A program made the position numbers and the translations under genes. Below are positions 45,664 through 55,321 of a DNA stretch of 64,000 nt, one piece after another (positions within the stretch are counted from its first letter, which is position 1; each line of letters begins with the position of its first letter). The stretch lies in sequence record OP079919.1, one strand, 5' to 3'. The notes beneath the pieces are model-generated. The model did no database searches. It was not told the origin of the DNA and saw only the letters and a program-made list of their open reading frames with translations.

Positions 45664-47055
45664 ATGAATAACCTGAACAAACTTTATCTGTCCATGCTGG
45701 AAGCTTGGGGTGCTAAAATGGAACCCGATCATAGTCTGGTTATGGTTCTGGATGGAGAGAAGTACCCTATTAAGGTTGATGGAATGAATGTCTATCTCCC
45801 GGTAGACACTGTTCTGGATGGTAACACCATGGATAAAGTTTTCTTCCATCCGGCCTGCGAAAGCATTATCAGCCGCGAAACAGAGATCTTTAAAGTCATT
45901 CGTAAACTGACCGGCATGAAGCTTCTGGATACCTTTAAAAAGCTCCCCCTGGTTCTGTTCAATATCGCGTCAAAACGTTCCAACAAAAATCTGCGCAGTG
46001 ATCTGGTTGATATCATCGATCCGTTACGCGACGTCAAAGAAGCAACGCGTAAAGAAGTAATGAATCTGTTTGAACAAATGCGTGTCGATCTCGAAGAGAA
46101 CGCAACTGTCGACAATCGTTTCATCCACTTCCAAACAACACGCGGCGGCCGTAGCAAAGTAGGCGGGGAAAAGATCTGTTATAAAGCTAAACCTATTTTC
46201 CCGTTCTATTCGGAAATGGCGAAAAAGCTGAATCGCAGTGAAGGTCTTCCGGATAACCAATCTGTTGATGTTAACGGATGTCAGATTAGTGTGGGCGGGC
46301 TCCGAATCGCAGTGGGTATCTTTAAAGCGGTGTTCCCGGAAATCGATACGCCGGACTTCTACGAGTTCGAATATCATCATCCGGACGCCGCTCGACTCTG
46401 CGCGTTCTCTGGGGCGTATGTCAACGTGGCTGAATCCATCAACTCTCTGCAGAACTCGTTCCGTACTGAGTTCGATAAGGTTGGAGTGTATGGGTTGGAA
46501 GTGGGCTTCTTTGAGAAGATGGATAATATCTCCGAATTCTACAAACAAGTTCCTGCCATGAACTATAACTCCCAGAATACAGTGGCGGATAGTTCATCAG
46601 GTAAATCACATTTGATCGACCAGGTGATCAACACTCAGTCAGTGATTAACCAGAATCAGCCGCAGCAGAACCCCCAACAACATATCGGTGGTGACAGCAA
46701 CAACGGTTTCCGTTCCGTTGTAGAAGCCAGCATGCAGCCTGGTGAAGTTTATCAGGGTTGGTATTACGACCAGAACACGTCGTTCTATATCCACACAACG
46801 ATGTCTACTGCCGGTCAGGTAAGCTATCGGATAACTCGCGCCGGTAACTTACTCAGCCGAGAATATAACGGGGTACCTCAGCAGCAAGGGATGTATCAGG
46901 GCTATGGTCAGTATTATCAACAGCAGTACATGCAACCTATCGCTTACGCTAACGTGGGCGCGCCTCAGCAGCAGCAGTATGTGATGGCGACTCCTCAGAT
47001 GCAGCAGTCTGTTGTTAACACTGGTTATCAACAGCCGTCCATTCTGACTTTCTAA
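45664..47055 (+). CDS. Conserved core protein (phiKZ gp70 position) with Gln/Tyr-rich tail
   Basis: AGGA RBS; low-complexity C-terminus QQGMYQGYGQYYQQQY; terminator 47067-47094. Confidence 0.75.
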   Translation: MNNLNKLYLSMLEAWGAKMEPDHSLVMVLDGEKYPIKVDGMNVYLPVDTVLDGNTMDKVFFHPACESIISRETEIFKVIRKLTGMKLLDTFKKLPLVLFNIASKRSNKNLRSDLVDIIDPLRDVKEATRKEVMNLFEQMRVDLEENATVDNRFIHFQTTRGGRSKVGGEKICYKAKPIFPFYSEMAKKLNRSEGLPDNQSVDVNGCQISVGGLRIAVGIFKAVFPEIDTPDFYEFEYHHPDAARLCAFSGAYVNVAESINSLQNSFRTEFDKVGVYGLEVGFFEKMDNISEFYKQVPAMNYNSQNTVADSSSGKSHLIDQVINTQSVINQNQPQQNPQQHIGGDSNNGFRSVVEASMQPGEVYQGWYYDQNTSFYIHTTMSTAGQVSYRITRAGNLLSREYNGVPQQQGMYQGYGQYYQQQYMQPIAYANVGAPQQQQYVMATPQMQQSVVNTGYQQPSILTF

Positions 47056-47066
47056 CTTAACCTGTG

Positions 47067-47100
47067 TAGTGAATGGGGAAATCCCCATTCACTATTTTTT
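47067..47100 (+). terminator. Intrinsic terminator
   Basis: 12-bp stem TAGTGAATGGGG/CCCCATTCACTA plus long T-run. Confidence 0.85.
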
Positions 47101-47111
47101 TGGGATAAAAT

Positions 47112-47462
47112 ATGCGAGCCGTCGTTTTAACTAAAGATTATTTGCTTTACTGGGAAAAACAAAACCGCATTACGGTCAGAAATATTGTAAATCTCCTCAA
47201 CGTTAAACCAGTTTACGGGGAACTTTTATCTGATCTTCATGCCAGAGTGGATTCAGAAAGACTCACCGTTGAATTTCGTAACGTCGTGGCGAAGTTTGAA
47301 AGATTTAAACTAACCCCCCAATTGAATATTGAAGCGGACGTTTCTTTCATGGGAAGCTTAAAAGAAAACACGCCTCCCTCCTCCGACGTGGTTTACCACG
47401 CCAGAGGATTTTTAATGGGAGACCGTTTAAATGTTGTTGCTATTGACGTTTCGTTGAAATAA
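47112..47462 (+). CDS. Hypothetical protein (116 aa)
   Basis: GGGA RBS; fills the gap. Confidence 0.6.
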   Translation: MRAVVLTKDYLLYWEKQNRITVRNIVNLLNVKPVYGELLSDLHARVDSERLTVEFRNVVAKFERFKLTPQLNIEADVSFMGSLKENTPPSSDVVYHARGFLMGDRLNVVAIDVSLK

Positions 47463-47496
47463 ATTAAAACTGCGCATTGTATCTTAAGCGACTATG

Positions 47497-47820
47497 CTAA
47501 CTTAACCTCTGAGTATTTGCTTTAGAGATCAAGTTATCGACGATCTGCTGGTCGACATAAAGAAACGTGGTCATTCCACTAACATCTTGACTTGGATCCG
47601 TGATTTTATTTAAAAAACAAGTTATCCATCTCATTTCAATGGGTATATTGTGTGCTCTCAAAACACGACTAAAATCGTACTTGTGTGCATTAAGAAAACT
47701 TCTATCGGAGATAACCTGGGTCTTAGCCATGGAAGTTAAATAATCAATGTTGCTGCGTAATAAGACCTTGGTATCCTCGGAGAAGTAAACGTCATCAACG
47801 GTGACAAAATTACTGAACAT
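47497..47820 (-). CDS. Hypothetical protein (107 aa)
   Basis: AAGGAG RBS on the minus strand. Confidence 0.65.
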   Translation of the reverse strand: MFSNFVTVDDVYFSEDTKVLLRSNIDYLTSMAKTQVISDRSFLNAHKYDFSRVLRAHNIPIEMRWITCFLNKITDPSQDVSGMTTFLYVDQQIVDNLISKANTQRLS

Positions 47821-47895
47821 AAGCTAACTCCTTTAAGACCTATATCATCGCGATGTACCACAACTTTAGGAATAACAACGATAGAGGCACATTTC

Positions 47896-50007
47896 ATGGC
47901 AGAAAAATTTGTCTATAAGAAACCCATAAACCAGCTTAAACCAGAGTTGATGTCTATCAATATTAACTTGAACTCATTTCCCTGGTCGGTTTCATCGTCA
48001 CGTCAATATATGTTGGGTGGTAACGTAGCTAAAGCAGTTTCCATACAAGGGGCGTCGACAAGACGCAACCCTACCGGCTTCGAACCAGAATATGCTAAGT
48101 ATGCTCGTAAAGTCGTAGCGCCGTCAAACATGACTGTAGAGAGAACATTTTATCAGCGATCTCTTCAACCCGGTAGCAATCTTGCAGATGATTGGGCGGA
48201 GATCCACGTTATCTTCTTTAATGAAGAACACCAGCTTTATGATCTCTTGACTATTCCACGATTTAATACGCAGAATACTTACGTTGGGTTTGAGTACAAA
48301 CTTAACAAGGATAACCTTCGTAAACTCAGTACAGAATCACCGACCTTTAAGAAAGGCGATGTGTTTGCGTATTCTCCAAATATCAGCGATACTGGAGAGT
48401 GGATGTTTGGTACTGAGGCGATGGTTTGTGGGATGACCGCACCTTATACCGAAGAAGACGGCATTGCGATCACTGAGAGCTTTGCTCGTAAGCTGACCAG
48501 CATCTTCCAGCATTCTCGTAAGTTCTCCTGGAACGAAGCAGAGTACGTACCGCTGAATCTTTATGGAACATTAGATTCTCCACGGCCTTTCCCTGAGAAC
48601 GGAGAAAGTGTTCGTAGCGACGGCATCGTCATGGGTTTCCGTAGACGTGACACTTCGAGCGCTCTGGTGGGGTTAACCAAAAAAGCACTCATGCGTCCTG
48701 ATCAAACTTATGATATTCTTTTCTACGCACCTAAAGATTGCGTTGTTAAAAATATCTCGGTCAAGTCAGATCGCTATAAGAACGTTTCCAATAACAAACG
48801 TCAGGAGAAGATTACTCAGCCCCACACTCAGTTGCTGGAACGTTATGAACAGCGCTCTAACCAAATGGCGTTTGAGGTCCAGGAGTGGTATTACCGGATG
48901 GATGCGAAGTTTAAAGATTCCGATCTTCCTTTCACCCATGCGCTCCAAGAGTTCATCTCTAAACAGTTAGGCGACGTCACTAAAAACTTCGCTACCGGCA
49001 AGTATAACCAGGTCAAGCGAACCCACCGCAATAAGGCGCTTTTGGATTGGAACGTCGAGATTACTTTAAAGGAAAGAGTCACTGCGCGTAAACGTTTTAA
49101 AATTACCGACACTCAAGGTGCAAAAGGCGTAATCGTTCACATTATACCCGATGCTAACGCACCTCGATATGCCGATGGACGTCGATCAGAAGTCATTATT
49201 AACAATACTCCTGCTTTTAGACGCCAGATCTTTTCGGCGTTAATAGAAGCTGGGGTTAACTTAATAGGTCTGGAGATCGAAAACAGGATCAGGGTTCTCG
49301 TTGCTCAAAATGGAGGGTATAAGAAAGCTTATCAGGAGCTCATTAAGTTTTATCGTTCTACCGCTCCGGAGTTCGCTGATATCGTTGATGCCGCTCTCCC
49401 CACGGAAGAAGAACAATTCGATCACGTTGACTTTGTGTTGAGTGATAAGATCTGCGTTCAACGTCGAAGCGACGCCCAGCTGTATGGCGCCGATATTCTG
49501 AGATTGATGCGCGAGACCTATCCGGATATCAGACCTCAAAAGGCAATTTACATTAACGAGCTCGGTCAGGAAATCACCACCATGTTCCCTGTCAGTATCA
49601 GCAGCATGTATTACATCCTGCTTGATAAGTTCGGTAACGATATGAGTTGTCAGTCATTCCCTAAACGTAACGTGTACGGCCTGCCGTCTAAGTTGAACCA
49701 TGGCGATCGTTATAGGGATTGGCACCGTGCTCAACCAGGCCGTAATATGGGCGAGGCAGAATCACGTCAGAAGAATACTCAGATGGGGGGAGAAGAAGTT
49801 GTAAGGCAGTTAGCTGCAGCTAACTCCCCTTACGTTTGTATCATGATGACGAAGCGTATTATTCGGGCTAATAACCCGTTTCGAATTAAAACCATTATTA
49901 AACCTGAAGAGTATGCGATGAGCCGATCTTTGGGAATGACGATGAATTTACTTAACGACGCGGGTTATACTTTACGTAAGGAAAAAGACAGTGATCTTAC
50001 TTCGTGA
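47896..50007 (+). CDS. Non-virion RNA polymerase beta C-terminal subunit (phiKZ gp71-73-like)
   Basis: MLGGNVAKAV, YTEEDGI, KITDTQGAKGVI and GRNMGEAE correspond to conserved RpoB regions; uninterrupted. Confidence 0.9.
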   Translation: MAEKFVYKKPINQLKPELMSININLNSFPWSVSSSRQYMLGGNVAKAVSIQGASTRRNPTGFEPEYAKYARKVVAPSNMTVERTFYQRSLQPGSNLADDWAEIHVIFFNEEHQLYDLLTIPRFNTQNTYVGFEYKLNKDNLRKLSTESPTFKKGDVFAYSPNISDTGEWMFGTEAMVCGMTAPYTEEDGIAITESFARKLTSIFQHSRKFSWNEAEYVPLNLYGTLDSPRPFPENGESVRSDGIVMGFRRRDTSSALVGLTKKALMRPDQTYDILFYAPKDCVVKNISVKSDRYKNVSNNKRQEKITQPHTQLLERYEQRSNQMAFEVQEWYYRMDAKFKDSDLPFTHALQEFISKQLGDVTKNFATGKYNQVKRTHRNKALLDWNVEITLKERVTARKRFKITDTQGAKGVIVHIIPDANAPRYADGRRSEVIINNTPAFRRQIFSALIEAGVNLIGLEIENRIRVLVAQNGGYKKAYQELIKFYRSTAPEFADIVDAALPTEEEQFDHVDFVLSDKICVQRRSDAQLYGADILRLMRETYPDIRPQKAIYINELGQEITTMFPVSISSMYYILLDKFGNDMSCQSFPKRNVYGLPSKLNHGDRYRDWHRAQPGRNMGEAESRQKNTQMGGEEVVRQLAAANSPYVCIMMTKRIIRANNPFRIKTIIKPEEYAMSRSLGMTMNLLNDAGYTLRKEKDSDLTS

Positions 50008-51970
50008 TTATGCGAATCTGACCGAACGAGAGCTCCTGACCAAATGGTGGAAGAATCGTGTTAAAGTTGTGGTTAAGGATGACCACGGTGAAACACTAGA
50101 AACCGATTCTTACGTGTTGATGGTGAATTGGTACGGATTATCGATTCACCGAGCCTATAACAAAATCCCTTATTCCATACAAGAGATATTCCAAGCCAAA
50201 GTTTGGAATGATAAAACAATACAGCGGCCCATTAACTGGTTCCTCCAAAATCAGTTGATGCCGTTAATTGACGATCCGGTTGAAACTGATCGGATCAAGC
50301 AAATGATCTACGAGTGGCAGATCAAACTTAATAACTTCCTGCATTTCTTTGGACAGGGTGCTGAGATATCGGCATTGGGGTACGATATACTCGACGTCAT
50401 GGACCATCCTTCGATGAAGAGTATCAAGGAGCGGATCCATTCTCTCGAAATAACCATCGATGAAGGGGAGGCGGAATTTAAATCGCTTATCCTTGAGCAT
50501 GAAGATTTCGATAGCAACACCTTTGCTTTACTCGCTAGGACCGGATCGGTTTCGGTCAATCAGGGCTTCCAAACCGTTATTATCAGGGGATCGGTATTTG
50601 ACCTAAACAACCAGATACTCCCCAATCCTGTAGAAGCATCATTTGCAGATGGTTTGGTTAATTTGGCAGATGCTTTGGGTGAGAGTAAAGCGGCGGGCAA
50701 GAGTCTCATCAGTAACGGCCGCGCATTGGAAGATTCAGAGTGGTTCCATAGGAAATTGCATATTGTGACTTCCGTGGTGACAGATCTGCATCATCAGACT
50801 GATTGCGGGACAACCTTCACAGTACCGATTAAAATTCTTTCCAGGGATATGCTTTCTGCTATGAAGGGCAAGTATATCGTGGAAGAAGGTAAGTTGGTGT
50901 TATTAACCGATCAAACCATTAAACGTTACCATAAGGGCGACGTTATTAATATGAGGTCGGTTAAAGGCTGTCTTACCCATAAGCCTGGTGAACCTTGTGG
51001 GGTGTGTTACGGTAAGATGAAGGCGTCGATACCGTATAACGTCATCATGATGAAATCTGCGAATCCTGGGATGTATTCCGCCACGGCAATTGCAGAACGT
51101 ATTGGTCAGGCTCTTCTTTCGACCAAACACTTCATGAGACACACTCAAACTATTCCGTTCTTTGTTAAGCCAACAGATGCGGATGTGATCTCCTCTGATA
51201 CGAATTACATTTTCTTGAATAAAGAAATGTGTCGTAAAGGAACTAAGGTCATATTGGATGGGTTGATCGGAAGCGAGCTTTCTGACTTCCGAAATCTGGA
51301 ATCTCTGGATGAGATCAATTTCGATCAATTGCGGACATTCCCTTCTGTTGCGTTTGAATATGAAACGGAAGACCCGATGACCGAAGGTATTGCGATCACA
51401 CAACGTAATATCACCACGTCCGTATCCTCTCGTAGTGCAAGGATGTCAAGAGAGTTTATCGAGTACGCCATCGTTAAAGGTTGGGAGAAAGATAAAAAGT
51501 TGATTACGGTCGATCTGTCTGATTATCGTAGTGAGGATCCGTTGTTCTTCCTTCCTTACGTGCATGAGGACCTGGATCAGTATCGCCGTCAAATCGAAGG
51601 ATTCGTCTCTTTCTCCAACCGTAACAACGCTTGGAAGCAAAGGGAGATAACTCCTGAGATCTTCGGGGAAGTATTAGGGGAAATGTGGAGCTTGGTAAAC
51701 CGTAAGTTTGCTGGGATCAACATTATTCACTCCGAGATTATCCTCTACTCCCTGTTAACCAGGGATCCGTTTAACGGATTGTATAGGATACCGAGAGGCG
51801 ACGAGCCCCAGTATTTCTCCGCTTTCACGCATTGCATTAACAATCGAGGAATAGGGACCCTGGCGATTTACCAGAAGCAAAATCAGATACTCGAATCCCC
51901 TGAGACGTATGATATTAAAGAACGTCAAGGAGGCGCCTTTGAGTGTTATCTGGCTCCAGCCGTCCTATAG
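49991..51970 (+). CDS. Non-virion RNA polymerase beta' C-terminal subunit (phiKZ gp74-like)
   Basis: Bridge-helix-like GKSLISNGRALEDS, DCGT, Zn cluster C...CGVCYG, trigger-loop-like AERIGQALLSTKH. Confidence 0.88.
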   Translation: MILLRDYANLTERELLTKWWKNRVKVVVKDDHGETLETDSYVLMVNWYGLSIHRAYNKIPYSIQEIFQAKVWNDKTIQRPINWFLQNQLMPLIDDPVETDRIKQMIYEWQIKLNNFLHFFGQGAEISALGYDILDVMDHPSMKSIKERIHSLEITIDEGEAEFKSLILEHEDFDSNTFALLARTGSVSVNQGFQTVIIRGSVFDLNNQILPNPVEASFADGLVNLADALGESKAAGKSLISNGRALEDSEWFHRKLHIVTSVVTDLHHQTDCGTTFTVPIKILSRDMLSAMKGKYIVEEGKLVLLTDQTIKRYHKGDVINMRSVKGCLTHKPGEPCGVCYGKMKASIPYNVIMMKSANPGMYSATAIAERIGQALLSTKHFMRHTQTIPFFVKPTDADVISSDTNYIFLNKEMCRKGTKVILDGLIGSELSDFRNLESLDEINFDQLRTFPSVAFEYETEDPMTEGIAITQRNITTSVSSRSARMSREFIEYAIVKGWEKDKKLITVDLSDYRSEDPLFFLPYVHEDLDQYRRQIEGFVSFSNRNNAWKQREITPEIFGEVLGEMWSLVNRKFAGINIIHSEIILYSLLTRDPFNGLYRIPRGDEPQYFSAFTHCINNRGIGTLAIYQKQNQILESPETYDIKERQGGAFECYLAPAVL

Positions 51971-51986
51971 ACAATAGGAGTTAACC

Positions 51987-53537
51987 GTGCGTAAGACGGT
52001 GGTCATTAACAAAGCGCACAATTACCTCAGAATAACGGATTATTCTGAGGAGTTTGTGAACAGAGTGATAATGCCGTTCTGTCGACGGTATCTTTATAAG
52101 TACAAAAAAGAACCTATCCCCGGGACGCGCAAAAGTAGAACAGTCGTGGATAAATGTTTTGCCCGCATGAATAATGACAAAACGGAATTCCGTATATCGG
52201 CGGGTCTTCTAAAAGAATTCCTGAGTTTTATGGAATATTGCGGGTACGCTCCTAACAGGGTGGAAATCCGGGAGGTTCCTGAAATTGTTCCGGCGAGGAT
52301 ACATTTCGAATGGAATAAAGGATGGGGTGGGTATAAACCAGGGAGTGAGCAAGAACAGAAGGAATGGTGCGATTACCAGATTGCTGACGGACCCATAAAA
52401 GTCAACAACGCCGGAACAGGTGTGGGTAAGAGCTTTTGTGCGACCAAGCTCATGGTCGACATGGGGGTTCGTGGACTGATAACAGCGTTGCCTCGTTATA
52501 TACCGATATGGTCCAAATGCTTGTTTCAATATTTGAAACTCTCGGTTGAAGACGTGGTCTATGTTGAATCTGGTGGGCTTGAGGAGTTAGCCGAAAACAT
52601 TCAGAAGGGAATCATTAATCCCAAAATTATCATTCTCCCGTTAACCAGGATTGACTCGCACTATAAACGGATGAGGGAAGATGATACCGTTCCTGACTTA
52701 GATGAACTCTACGCTAAGATGGGAATCGGGCTGAGGATCATGGATGAAGGGCATGAATCTGTTTATCAGGTTTACATGTCCATGCTTTACGGTAATTTCT
52801 CCAAGACCCTGGCGTTGTCAGCAACCCTGAAAGCCGATGATGCTTTACAGAACCGTATCTATTCGTACATCTATCCTCAAAGCATCCGCTTGAAGGACGG
52901 GGAATCGAAGAAATACATCGATGTTTATGCTTACCATCACTGGATTGACATTAGGAAGTTCAGGATTAACCCCAGAGGATTTGGGGGGTATAACCACGTG
53001 AAGTTCGAACAAGGGATTATGAAGTCCCCTTACCTGCTCGGTAGGTATTACGAACTCTGTAAACAGGCGTTTGAAGAGTTTTATGTCAAAGACTTGTTAC
53101 CCGAGCAAAAAGCCCTCTGGTTCTTTGCGACGGTAGAAATGTGTGTCAACATGTTGGAGTTCTTTAAAAGGGACTACCCGGAAATGGATTTCGGGAAATA
53201 CACCAACGAGGAATCGTCTAAGGCAGATACCAAGGATAATTACCTCAAGCACCAAGTCTTGATTACCACTCCTCAGAGTTGCAGCACCGGTAAAGATATT
53301 GAGAAACTCTACGTTGCGTTTAGTCCCTATGCGGTTTCTTCTAAACAGCGTAACGCTCAGTCATTAGGGCGTTTAAGGGAAATAACGAAATGGTGGCCCG
53401 ATCTTTCTCCTAAGTACGTTTACTTCGTTTGTCAGAACGTAGACAAGCAAGTTGACTACCATCGCAAGCGAATGGAGGAGTTCGCCAACAAAGCGAAGAG
53501 TATCACCAATATCAATAGCGGGCATTCCATTCCTTAG
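51987..53537 (+). CDS. Superfamily 2 helicase (phiKZ gp75-like)
   Basis: GTG after AGGAG; GTGVGKS, MDEGH, LSAT and QSLGRLR motifs. Confidence 0.9.
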   Translation: MRKTVVINKAHNYLRITDYSEEFVNRVIMPFCRRYLYKYKKEPIPGTRKSRTVVDKCFARMNNDKTEFRISAGLLKEFLSFMEYCGYAPNRVEIREVPEIVPARIHFEWNKGWGGYKPGSEQEQKEWCDYQIADGPIKVNNAGTGVGKSFCATKLMVDMGVRGLITALPRYIPIWSKCLFQYLKLSVEDVVYVESGGLEELAENIQKGIINPKIIILPLTRIDSHYKRMREDDTVPDLDELYAKMGIGLRIMDEGHESVYQVYMSMLYGNFSKTLALSATLKADDALQNRIYSYIYPQSIRLKDGESKKYIDVYAYHHWIDIRKFRINPRGFGGYNHVKFEQGIMKSPYLLGRYYELCKQAFEEFYVKDLLPEQKALWFFATVEMCVNMLEFFKRDYPEMDFGKYTNEESSKADTKDNYLKHQVLITTPQSCSTGKDIEKLYVAFSPYAVSSKQRNAQSLGRLREITKWWPDLSPKYVYFVCQNVDKQVDYHRKRMEEFANKAKSITNINSGHSIP

Positions 53538-53629
53538 AATTTTTCAGTACTAAATTATGACTAGGTCAAGAGCTGAGGGTTTCCTCAGCTCCCACCTATT
53601 ATGCGTTTACAAATTTAGGAGGAACGACT

Positions 53630-54079
53630 ATGCGTTCCGTCATGATCATAAGAGCCGGAAAGGAGATCGAACCCTTTGCATTGGAAGCCTTGATCGCGGG
53701 CATTTTGGACTACACGGCGCATCAGAAACTTGAAGATGCGTATGAGATCATGGACTCTTTACTGTCGAACATTGTCACGGATAGTTTGGACGAACTTAAT
53801 GACAAAATGCTCGAACCCACCACTCGACCTCTTTCCATATACGAGAAGGAAAAATATCAGCATTATTTGAACGAAAAGAAGAACGAACGTTATATTCGTT
53901 TCTTCCAATTACGTCAGCGTACTCTGAGCGCTTTCTCGACGTTTCTTGAAAACTTTAACGACCCCATCCTATCTATGTCTAAAGGTAATAATCTTTTACC
54001 CAAGTTGGAAGCCGAACGAAATAATATTTTGTTCGTCTCATTAGAGCAGAAGAAGAATGGAACCAAAACAAAACAATAG
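53630..54079 (+). CDS. Hypothetical protein (149 aa)
   Basis: AGGAGG RBS; hairpin 53570-53591 upstream. Confidence 0.75.
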   Translation: MRSVMIIRAGKEIEPFALEALIAGILDYTAHQKLEDAYEIMDSLLSNIVTDSLDELNDKMLEPTTRPLSIYEKEKYQHYLNEKKNERYIRFFQLRQRTLSAFSTFLENFNDPILSMSKGNNLLPKLEAERNNILFVSLEQKKNGTKTKQ

Positions 54080-54455
54080 CCTGATTTCGGTATTGCGATC
54101 TCGCTCCAATTATTCTGAGGAAGGAGGCTTGGTAGCTGGAGAATATCTGGCGGATTATTTTGAAAACGCCATTATTCAAGAGCATATGGATTTGGGTTAT
54201 TTAAGAAACATGTGTTATGAACAGGCGTTAATGGGCAACAGGTCATTAACAAAACCGGGCTGGATGCATCCAGCCCTCTCTTACGACGCAAGTGACGTCT
54301 GTGACGATTTATTTACAGAAGCGATGGAAATACTCGCTGAAGTTAATAATGACGTCACAGAGGCTCTGAATTGCATTAATTCCATTTCCTTTAAACGTAC
54401 TTCCCGGCTCCTCTTTAGTACCGGAAGTGTAATTATGATAAAAACCCAATGGTAA
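54057..54455 (+). CDS. Hypothetical protein (132 aa)
   Basis: Overlapping coupled ORF. Confidence 0.65.
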   Translation: MEPKQNNSLISVLRSRSNYSEEGGLVAGEYLADYFENAIIQEHMDLGYLRNMCYEQALMGNRSLTKPGWMHPALSYDASDVCDDLFTEAMEILAEVNNDVTEALNCINSISFKRTSRLLFSTGSVIMIKTQW

Positions 54456-54820
54456 ACAGAATAAGAAGTTTGGTTAGGGTCAGTGTCCCAGCAGACATCC
54501 CCTGGGCTTCTGATTCGAGGTTGTACCACGCCAGCGCACTTTTCTTTGAACGCTGGATTTACTATGGTGATTTCTCTCCTGAAGCTTACGACGAACTCTT
54601 TATCGATGTCGAATCTTTATTTGAGAAACCACCGAAATTAGATGTCAATGAGATGTTTGATGAATGTTTACTCTTAGTGGAAAACATTCGTAATGACGAA
54701 CTTAACAGTGAAGTGAAACATCTTATTGAGAGCAGTCGTTTTAAGGTATCGGTTGAGGGCACGAAGCTCATCAATTGGGATCATCAACGCTTTTTAATCT
54801 TAGTGGAAACTTTAACATGA
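54449..54820 (+). CDS. Hypothetical protein (123 aa)
   Basis: Overlapping coupled ORF. Confidence 0.65.
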   Translation: MVNRIRSLVRVSVPADIPWASDSRLYHASALFFERWIYYGDFSPEAYDELFIDVESLFEKPPKLDVNEMFDECLLLVENIRNDELNSEVKHLIESSRFKVSVEGTKLINWDHQRFLILVETLT

Positions 54821-55266
54821 GTAGAAAATCTATTGTACTGCGTCTTCCGGCTTCAACTGTTGCCGACCTCAAGGAATTCGACGAAGAAGCGCAACTGCTT
54901 CTCCTTACTACCGGCCTGACTCTGGCCAAACGACCTGCTCAGGAGCTCGTTAAAGAAGACGAGGATACCGACCCTCGCTCCATCATTTCCAAAGAGGTCG
55001 ATGATATCCTCGAAACCATCGACGACAATTACGACGATGACGATTCTGACGGCGATGATGAATCGGCAGAAGCCCGTAAGGATGAACAACGTACGGTGAT
55101 TCATCAGCAAATGGCTGACTTCATCGAAGAGTTTGTTGGGTTGCTGACCGACCCTCAAAGTGAAAACTGCGGCGTATTGGCGGCCATCGCGCTGGAAGAA
55201 CTCGACACACCTATCAGCTGGGCTGCTGATGACAAAACTGGCCTGACCACGATTGTATACGGCTGA
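54817..55266 (+). CDS. Highly acidic hypothetical protein (149 aa)
   Basis: ATGA coupling at 54817; D/E tract DDNYDDDDSDGDDES; followed by a terminator. Confidence 0.75.
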   Translation: MSRKSIVLRLPASTVADLKEFDEEAQLLLLTTGLTLAKRPAQELVKEDEDTDPRSIISKEVDDILETIDDNYDDDDSDGDDESAEARKDEQRTVIHQQMADFIEEFVGLLTDPQSENCGVLAAIALEELDTPISWAADDKTGLTTIVYG

Positions 55267-55269
55267 CAG

Positions 55270-55302
55270 TAATCCTCCTACCCCAATGGGGTAGGAGGAT
55301 TA
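55270..55302. terminator. Bidirectional terminator
   Basis: 15-bp perfect stem TAATCCTCCTACCCC/GGGGTAGGAGGATTA. Confidence 0.85.
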
Positions 55303-55321
55303 GCTTATTTATTTTTTTTTT

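Noticed and set aside
35291-51970. Introns in nvRNAP genes, as known for phiKZ
   Set aside because: The beta and beta' ORFs are continuous here with all motifs in frame.
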